Source of the DNA: Eledone cirrhosa
Lineage: Eukaryota
Length of the DNA stretch: 64,000 bases
Direction of reading: 5' to 3'
Assembly (NCBI GenBank): GCA_964016885.1
Contig: OZ024741.1
Location: 246,140,001-246,204,000, forward strand
Part shown: positions 56,401-64,000 of the stretch, piece by piece
Layout: each line of letters starts with the position of its first letter
Numbering within the stretch: position 1 is the first letter of the stretch
Made by a program: the position numbers and the translations under genes
The notes under the pieces: generated by a model
What the model was told of the DNA's origin: nothing
Seen by the model: only the letters and a program-made list of their open reading frames with translations
Databases searched by the model: none

Positions 56401-59400
56401 TTATCTCCCCTTGGACGGCTGAAAATTATCTCCCCTTGGACGGCTGGAAATTATCTCCCCTTGATTTTTTTTACAAATTATCTCCCCCTGATTTTTTTTT
56501 ACAAATTATCTCCCCCTGATTTTTTTTACAAATTATCTCCCCCTGATTTTTTTTTACAAATTATCTCCCCCTGATTTTTTTTACAAATTATCTCCCCCTG
56601 ATTTTTTTTACAAATTATCTCCCCCTGATTTTTTTTACAAATTATCTCCCCCTGATTTTTTTTACAAATTATCTCCCCCTGATTTTTTTAAATATTATCT
56701 TCCCTTGGCTGGCGGGAAATTATCTCCCCTTGGACGGCTGGAAATTATCTGCCCTTGATTTTCTTTTTACAAATTAACTTCCACTGATTTTTTTTACAAA
56801 TTATCTCCACCTGATTTTTTTAAAAATTATCTCCCCTTGGAAGGCTGGAAATTATCTCCCCTTGGCTGGAAATTATCTCCCCTTGGACGGCTAGAAATTA
56901 TCTCTCTTTGGACGGCTGGAAATTATCACCCCTTGAGTTTTTTACAAATTATCTCCCCCTGATTTTTTTTACAAATCTCCCAGTGATTTTTAAAAAAAAA
57001 TTATCTTCCCTTCGCTGGCTGGAAATTATCTCCCCTTGGACGCTGGAAATTATAGCCCCTTGGAGGGCTGGAAATTATCTTCCCTTGGACGGCTGGAAAT
57101 TATCTCCCCTTGATTTTTTTTACAAATTATCTCCCCCTGATTTTTTTTTACAAATTATCTCCCCCTGATTTTTTTTTACAACTTATCTGCGCCTGATTTT
57201 TTTAAAAAAATTATCTCCCCTTGGACGGCTGGAAATTATCTCTCCTTGGACGGCTGGAAATTATCTCTCCTTGGACGGCTAGAATTTACCTCTCCTTGGA
57301 CGGCTGAAAATTATCTCCCCTTGGACGGCTGGAAATTATCTCCCCTTGATTTTTTTTACAAATTATCTCCCCCTGATTTTTTTTTACAAATTATCTCCCC
57401 CTGATTTTTTTTTACAAATTATCTCCCCCTGATTTTTTTTTACAAATTATCTCCCCCTGATTTTTTTTACAAATTATCTCCCCCTGATTTTTTTTTACAA
57501 ATTATCTCCCCCTGATTTTTTTTTACAAATTATGTCCCCCTGATTTTTTTTTACAAATTATCTCCCCCTAATTTTTTTTTACAAATTATCTCCCCCTGAT
57601 TTTTTTTTACAAATTATCTCCCCCTGATTTTTTTTTACAAATTATCTCCGCCTGATTTTTTTTTAAAAATTACCTCCCCTTGGACGGCTGGAAATTATCT
57701 CCCCTTGGACGGCTGGAAATTATCTCCCCTTGGACGGCTAGAAATTATCTCTCCTTGGACGGCTGAAAATTATCTCCCCTTGGACGGCTGCAAATTATCT
57801 CCCCTTGATTTTTTTTACAAATTATCTCCCCCTGATTTTTTTTACAAATTATCTCCCCCTGATTTTTTTTACAAATTATCTACCCCTGATTTTTTTTACA
57901 AATTATCTCCCCCTGATTTTTTTTTACAAATTATCTCCCCCTGATTTTTTTTTACAAATTATCTCCCCCTGATTTTTCTTTTACAAATTATCTCCCCCTG
58001 ATTTTTTTACAAAGTATCCCCCCCTGATTTTTTTTACAATCTCCGCCTGATTTTTTTAAAAATTATCTTCCCTTGGCTGGCGGGAAATTATCTCCCCTTG
58101 GACGGCTGGAAATTATCTCCCCTTGGAAGGATGGAAATTATCTCCCCTTGGACGGCTGGAAATTATCTCCCCTTGCACGGCTGGAAATTATCTCCCATTG
58201 GACGGCTAGAAATTATCTCTCTTTGGACGGCTGGAAATTATCTCCCTTTGATTTTTTTTACAAATTATCTCCCTCTGATTTTTTTTACAAATCTCCCCCT
58301 GATTTTTTAAAAAAAATTATCTCCCCTTCGCTGGCTGGAAATTATCTCCCCTTGGACACTGGAAATTATAGCCCCTTGGAGGGCCGGAAATTATCTTCCC
58401 TTGGACGGCTGGAAATTATCTCCCACTGATTTTTTTTACAAATTATCTCCGCCTTATTTTTTTAAAAAATTATCTCTCCTTGGACGGCTGGAAATTATCT
58501 CCCCTTGATTTTTTTTACAAATAATCTCCCCCTGATTTTTTTTTACAAATTATCTCCCCCTGATTTTTTTTTACAAATTATCTACCCCTGATTTTTTTTA
58601 CAAATTATCTCCGCCTGATTTTTTAAAATATTATCTTCCCTTGGCTGGCGGGAAATTATCTCCCCTTGGACGGCTGGAAATTATCTGCCCTTGATTTTCT
58701 TTTTACAAATTATCTTCCACTGATTTTTTTTACAAATTATCTCCACCTGATTTTTTAAAAAATTATCTCCCCTTGGAAGGCTGGAAATTATCTCCCCTTG
58801 GCTGGAAATTATCTCCCCTTGGACGGCTAGAAATTATCTCTCTTTGTACGGCTGGAAATTATCACCCCTTGAGTTTTTTACAAATTATCTCCCCCTGATA
58901 TTTTTTACAAATCTCCCAGTGTTTTTTAAAAAAAATTATCTCCCCTTCGCTGGCTGGAAATTATCTCCCCTTGGACGCTGGAAATTATAGCCCCTTGGAG
59001 GGCTGGAAATTATCTTCCCTTGGACGGCTGGAAATTATCTCCCCTTGATTTTTTTTACAAATTATCTCCCCCTGATTTTTTTTTACAAATTATCTCCCCC
59101 TGATTTTTTTTTACAACTTATCTGCGCCTGATTTTTTTAAAAAAATTATCTTCCCTTGGACGGCTGGAAATTATCTCCCCTTGGACGGCTGGAAATTATC
59201 TCTCCTTGGACGGCTAGAATTTACCTCTCCTTGGACCGCTGAAAATTATCTCCCCTTGGACGGCTGGAAATTATCTCCCCTTGATTTTTTTTACAAATTA
59301 TCTCCCCCTGATTTTTTTTTACAAATTATCTCCCCCTGATTTTTTTTTACAAATTATCTCCCCCTGATTTTTTTTTACAAATTATCTCCCCCTGATTTTT

Positions 59401-62400
59401 TTTACAAATTATCTCCCCCTGATTTTTTTACAAATTATCTCCCCTTGGCTGGCTGGAAATTATCTCCCCTTGGAGGCTGGAACTTATGTCCCCTTGGACG
59501 GCTAGAAATTACCTCTCCTTGGACGGCTGGAAAATATGTCTCCTTGGACGGCTGGATATTATCTCCCCTTGGACGGCTGGAAATTATCTCCCCTTGGACG
59601 GCTGGAAATTATCTCCCCTTGGATGGCTAGATATTACCTCCCCTTGGACGGCTGGAAATTATCACCCCTTGATTTTTTTTACAAATTATCTCCCCCTGAT
59701 TTTTTTTTACAAATTATCTCCCCCTGATTTTTTTTTACAAATTATCTTCCCCTGATTTTTGTTTACAAATTATCTTCGCCTGGTTTTTTTTTAAAATTAT
59801 CTCCCCTTGGACGGCTGGAAATTATCTCCCCTTGGACGGCTAGAAATTACCTCTCCTTGGACGGCTGAAAATTATCTCCCCTTGGACGGCTGGAAATTAT
59901 CTCCCCTTGATTTTTTTACAAATTATCTCCCCCTGATTTTTTTTTTACAAATTATCTCCCCCTGATTTTTTTTTTACAAATTATCTCCCCCTGATTTTTT
60001 TTTACAAATTATCTACCCCTGATTTTTTTTACAAATTATCTCCCCCTGATTTTTTTTACAAATTATCTCCCTCTGATTTTTTTTTACAAATTATCTCCCC
60101 CTGATTTTTTTACAAATTATCTCCCCCTGATTTTTTTTACAAATTATCTCCGCCTGATTTTTTTAAATATTATCTTCCCTTGGCTGGCGGGAAATTATCT
60201 CCCCTTGGACGGCTGAAAATTATCTCCCCTTGGACGGCTGGAAATTATCTCCCCTTGATTTTTTTTACAAATTATCTCCCCCTGATTTTTTTTTACAAAT
60301 TATCTCCCCCTGATTTTTTTACAAATTATCTCCCCCTGATTTTTTTTTACAAATTATCTCCCCCTGATTTTTTTTTACAAATTATCTCCCTCTGATTTTT
60401 TTACAAATTATCTCCCCTTGGCTGGCTGGAAATTATCTCCCCTTGGACGGCTAGAAATTACCTCTCCTTGGACGGCTGGAAAATATGTCTCCTTGGACGG
60501 CTGGATATTATCTCCCCTTGGACGGCTGGAAATTATCTCCCCTTGGACGGATAGATATTACCTCCCCTTGGACGGCTGGAAATTATCTCCCCCTGATTTT
60601 TTTTACAAATCTCCCAATGATTTTAAAAAAAAAATTATCTCCCCTTCGCTGGCTGGAAATTATCTCCCCTTGGACGCTGGAAATTATAGCCCCTTGGAGG
60701 GCTGGAAATTATCTTCCCTTGGACGGCTGGAAATTATCTCCCATTGATTTTTTTTACAAATTATCTCCCCCTGATTTTTTTTACAAATTATCTCCCCCTG
60801 ATTTTTTTTACAAATTATCTACCCCTGATTTTTTTTACAAATTATCTCCCCCTGATTTTTTTTTACAAATTATCTCCCCCTGATTTTTTTTTACAAATTA
60901 TGTCCCCCTGATTTTTTTACAAATTATCTCCCCCTGATTTTTTTTACAATCTCCGCCTGATTTTTTTAAAAATTATCTTCCGTTGGCTGGCTGGAAATTA
61001 TCTCCCCTTGGACACTGGAAATTATAGCCCCTTGGAGGGCTGGAAATTATCTTCCCTTGGACGGCTGGAAATTATCTCCCCTTGATTTTTTTTACAAATT
61101 ATCTCCGCCTGATTTTTTTTTACAAATTATCTCCCCCTGATTTTTCTATTACAAATTATCTCCCCCTGATTTTTTTACAAATTATCTCCCCCTGATTTTT
61201 TTTACAAATTATCTCCGCCTGATTTTTTTAAATATTACCTTCCCTTGGCTGGCGGGAAATTATCTCCCCTTGGACGGCTGGAAATTATCTGCCCTTGATT
61301 TTCTTTTTACAAATTATCTTCCACTGATTTTTTTTACAAATTATCTCCACCTGATTTTTTTAAAAATTATCTCCCCTTGGAAGGCTGGAAATTATCTCCC
61401 CTTGGACGGCTGGAAATTATCTCCCCTTGGACGGCTAGAAATTATCTCTCCTTGGACGGCTGAAAATTATCTCCCCTTGGACGGCTGCAAATTATCTCCC
61501 CTTGATTTTTTTTACAAATTATCTCCCCCTGATTTTTTTTACAAATTATCTCCCCCTAATTTTTTTTACAAATTATCTACCCCTGATTTTTTTTACAAAT
61601 TATCTCCCCCTGATTTTTTTTTACAAATTATCTCCCCCTGATTTTTTTTTACAAATTATCTCCCCCTGATTTTTTTTTTACAAATTATCTCCCCCTGATT
61701 TTTTTACAAATTATCTCCCCCTGATTTTTTTTACAATCTCCGCCTGATTTTTTTAAAAATTATCTTCCCTTGGCTGGCGGGAAATTATCTCCCCTTGGAC
61801 GGCTGGAAATTATCTCCCCTTGGAAGGATGGAAATTATCTCCCCTTGGACGGCTGGAAATTATCTCCCCTTGCACGGCTGGAAATTATCTCCCCTTGGCT
61901 GGAAATTATCTCCCCTTGGACGGCTAGAAATTATCTCTCTTTGGACGGCTGGAAATTATCTCCCTTTGATTTTTTTTACAAATTATCTCCCTCTGATTTT
62001 TTTTACAAATCTCCCCCTGATTTTTTAAAAAAAATTATCTCCCCTTCGCTGGCTGGAAATTATCTTCCCTTGGACGGCTGGAAATTATCTCCCCTAGATT
62101 TTTTTTACAAATTATCTCCGCCTGATTTTTTTTAAAAATTATCTCCCCCTGATTTTTTTTTACAAATTATCTACCCCTGATTTTTTTTTACAAATTATCT
62201 CCCCCTGATTTTTTTTACAAATTATCTCCCCCTGATTTTTCTTTTACAAATTATCTCCCCCTGATTTTTTTACAAATTGTCTCTGCCTGATTTTTTTAAA
62301 TATTATCTTCCCGTGGCTGGCGGGAAATTACCTCCCCTTGGACGGCTGGAAATTATCTGTCCTTGATTTTCTTTTTACAAATTATCTTCCACTGATTTTT

Positions 62401-64000
62401 TTTACAAATTATCTCCACCTGATTTTTAAAAAAATTATCTCCCCTTGGAAGGCTGGAAATTATCTCCCCTTGGCTGGAAATTATCTCCCCTTGGACGGCT
62501 AGAAATTATCTCTCTTTGGACGGCTGGAAATTATCACCCCTTGAGTTTTTTACAAATTATCTCCCCCTGATTTTTTTTACAAATCTCCCAGTGATTTTTA
62601 AAAGAAAATTATCTCCCCTTCGCTGGCTGGAAATTATCTCCCCTTGGACGCTGGAAATTATAGCCCCTTGGAGGGCTGGAAATTATCTTCCCTTGGACGG
62701 CTGGAAATTATCTCCCCTTGATTTTTTTTACAAATTATCTCCCCCTGATTTTTTTTTACAAATTATCTCCCCCTGATTTTTTTTACAACTTATCTGCGCC
62801 TGATTTTTTTAAAAAAATTATCTCCCCTCGGACGGCTGGAAATTATCTCTCCTTGGACGGCTAGAATTTACCTCTCCTTGGACGGCTGAAAATTATCTCC
62901 CCTTGGACGGCTGGAAATTATCTCCCCTTGATTTTTTTTACAAATTATCTCCCCCTGATTTTTTTTTACAAATTATCTCCCCCTGATTTTTTTTTACAAA
63001 TTATCTCCCCCCTGAATTTTTTACAAATTATCTCCCCTTGGCTGGCTGGAAATTATCTCCCCTTGGAGGCTGGAACTTATCTCCCCTTGGACGGCTAGAA
63101 ATTACCTCTCCTTGGACGGCTGGAAAATATGTCTCCTTGGACGGCTGGATATTATCTCCCCTTGGACGGCTGGAAATTATCTCCCCTTGGACGGCTGGAA
63201 ATTATCTCCCCTTGGATGGCTAGATATTACCTCCCCTTGGACGGCTGGAAATTATCTCCCCTTGATTTTTTTTACAAATTATCTCCCCCTGATTTTTTTT
63301 TACAAATTATCTCCCCCTGATTTTTTTTTAAAAATTATCTCCCCCTGATTTTTGTTTACAAATTATCTCCGCCTGATTTTTTTAAAAAAATTATCTCCCC
63401 TTGGACGGCTGGAAATTATCTCCCCTTGGACGGCTGGAAATTATATCTCCTTGGACGGCTAGAATTTACCTCTCCTTGGACGGCTGAAAATTATCTCCCC
63501 TTGGACGGCTGGAAATTATCTCCCCTTGATTTTTTTTACAAATTATCTCCCCCTGATTTTTTTTTACAAATTATCTCCCCCTGATTTTTTTTTACAAATT
63601 ATCTCCCCCTGATTTTTTTTTACAAATTATCTCCCCCTGATTTTTTTACAAATTATCTCCCCTTGGCTGGCTGGAAATTATCTCCCCTTGGAGGCTGGAA
63701 CTTATCTCCCCTTGGACGGCTAGAAATTACCTCTCCTTGGACGGCTGGAAAATATGTCTCCTTGGACGGCTGGATATTATCTCCCCTTGGACGGCTGGAA
63801 ATTATCTCCCCTTGGACGGCTGGAAATTATCTCCCCTTGGATGGCTAGATATTACCTCCCCTTGGACGGCTGGAAATTATCTCCCCTTGATTTTTTTTAC
63901 AAATTATCTCCCCCTGATTTTTTTTTACAAATTATCTCCCCCTGATTTTTTTTTACAAATTATCTCCCCCTGATTTTTGTTTACAAATTATCTCCGCCTG
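41437..64000 (+). repeat. Copy 2 of the large segmental duplication (truncated by window end)
   Basis: Same markers as copy 1. It is shorter by whole-monomer indels of 177 bp (~48,411), 80 bp (~62,145) and 27 bp (~62,275), and differs by scattered SNPs. Confidence 0.93.

Larger units (their letters stand above)
1..64000 (+). repeat. Composite satellite / tandem repeat array of two related monomers (A ~25 bp, B ~26-29 bp) sharing the core AAATTATCTCCCC(T/C)TG; runs off both ends of the window
   Basis: The core recurs every 21-29 bp from base 1 to 64,000, always in the same orientation. It is followed by either GACGGCTGG (A) or A-T(7-10)-AC (B). I found no unique non-repeat sequence. Confidence 0.99.

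Noticed and set aside
751-63973. Numerous 60-182-aa ORFs on the + strand (LDGWKLSP / FFYKLSPPD / FFTNYLPLI repeats)
   Set aside because: They are translations of the 25/27-bp monomers in overlapping frames, mostly with TTG starts. Variable T tracts shift their frames, and they show no recognisable domain or sign of frame preservation.
1-64000. CRISPR-like repeat-spacer appearance
   Set aside because: The constant part is only ~16 bp. The intervening 5-13 bp fall into two recurring classes rather than unique 25-45-bp spacers, and there is no leader or cas gene.
1-64000. Telomerase-type long telomeric repeat (budding yeasts have 23-25-bp units)
   Set aside because: Only the unit length is similar. 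Two monomer types, kb-scale HORs and a length of at least 64 kb indicate recombinational amplification, not templated synthesis. A subtelomeric location is not excluded.
1-64000. Canonical G-quadruplex array on the minus strand
   Set aside because: G4-5 runs are separated by about 21-24 nt, far longer than typical loops, so it cannot be supported from sequence alone.
1-64000. Pure sequencing artefact (concatemer or polymerase stutter)
   Set aside because: Reproducible variant monomers, nested HORs and graded divergence between copies argue for a biological array. Only the copy number of the largest duplication remains open to assembly error.
1-64000. Embedded transposon, inversion or unique island
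   Set aside because: None was seen on reading through. Every stretch parses into A/B monomers in the same orientation.

Overview
The whole 64-kb window is one uninterrupted, single-orientation tandem-repeat (satellite-type) array. I see no credible protein-coding gene, RNA gene, transposon or CRISPR array. It is built from two related monomers that share a 16-bp core AAATTATCTCCCC(T/C)TG. Type A is about 25 bp (AAATTATCTCCCCTTGGACGGCTGG) and type B is about 26-29 bp (AAATTATCTCCCCCTGA-T7..10-AC). There are roughly 2,400-2,500 monomers, estimated from length rather than counted. Short runs of A and B alternate, and diagnostic variant monomers reveal nested higher-order repeats (HORs): a ~625-bp unit, ~3.5-4.5-kb units of two kinds, a ~7.5-7.9-kb tandem, and a near-identical ~35.2-35.4-kb-offset duplication (about 5,990-28,837 recurring at about 41,437-64,000). 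A shuffled mosaic domain lies between those two copies (about 28.8-41.4 kb). All listed ORFs are translations of the repeat. The host organism and function (centromeric, pericentromeric, subtelomeric or other) cannot be determined from this window.
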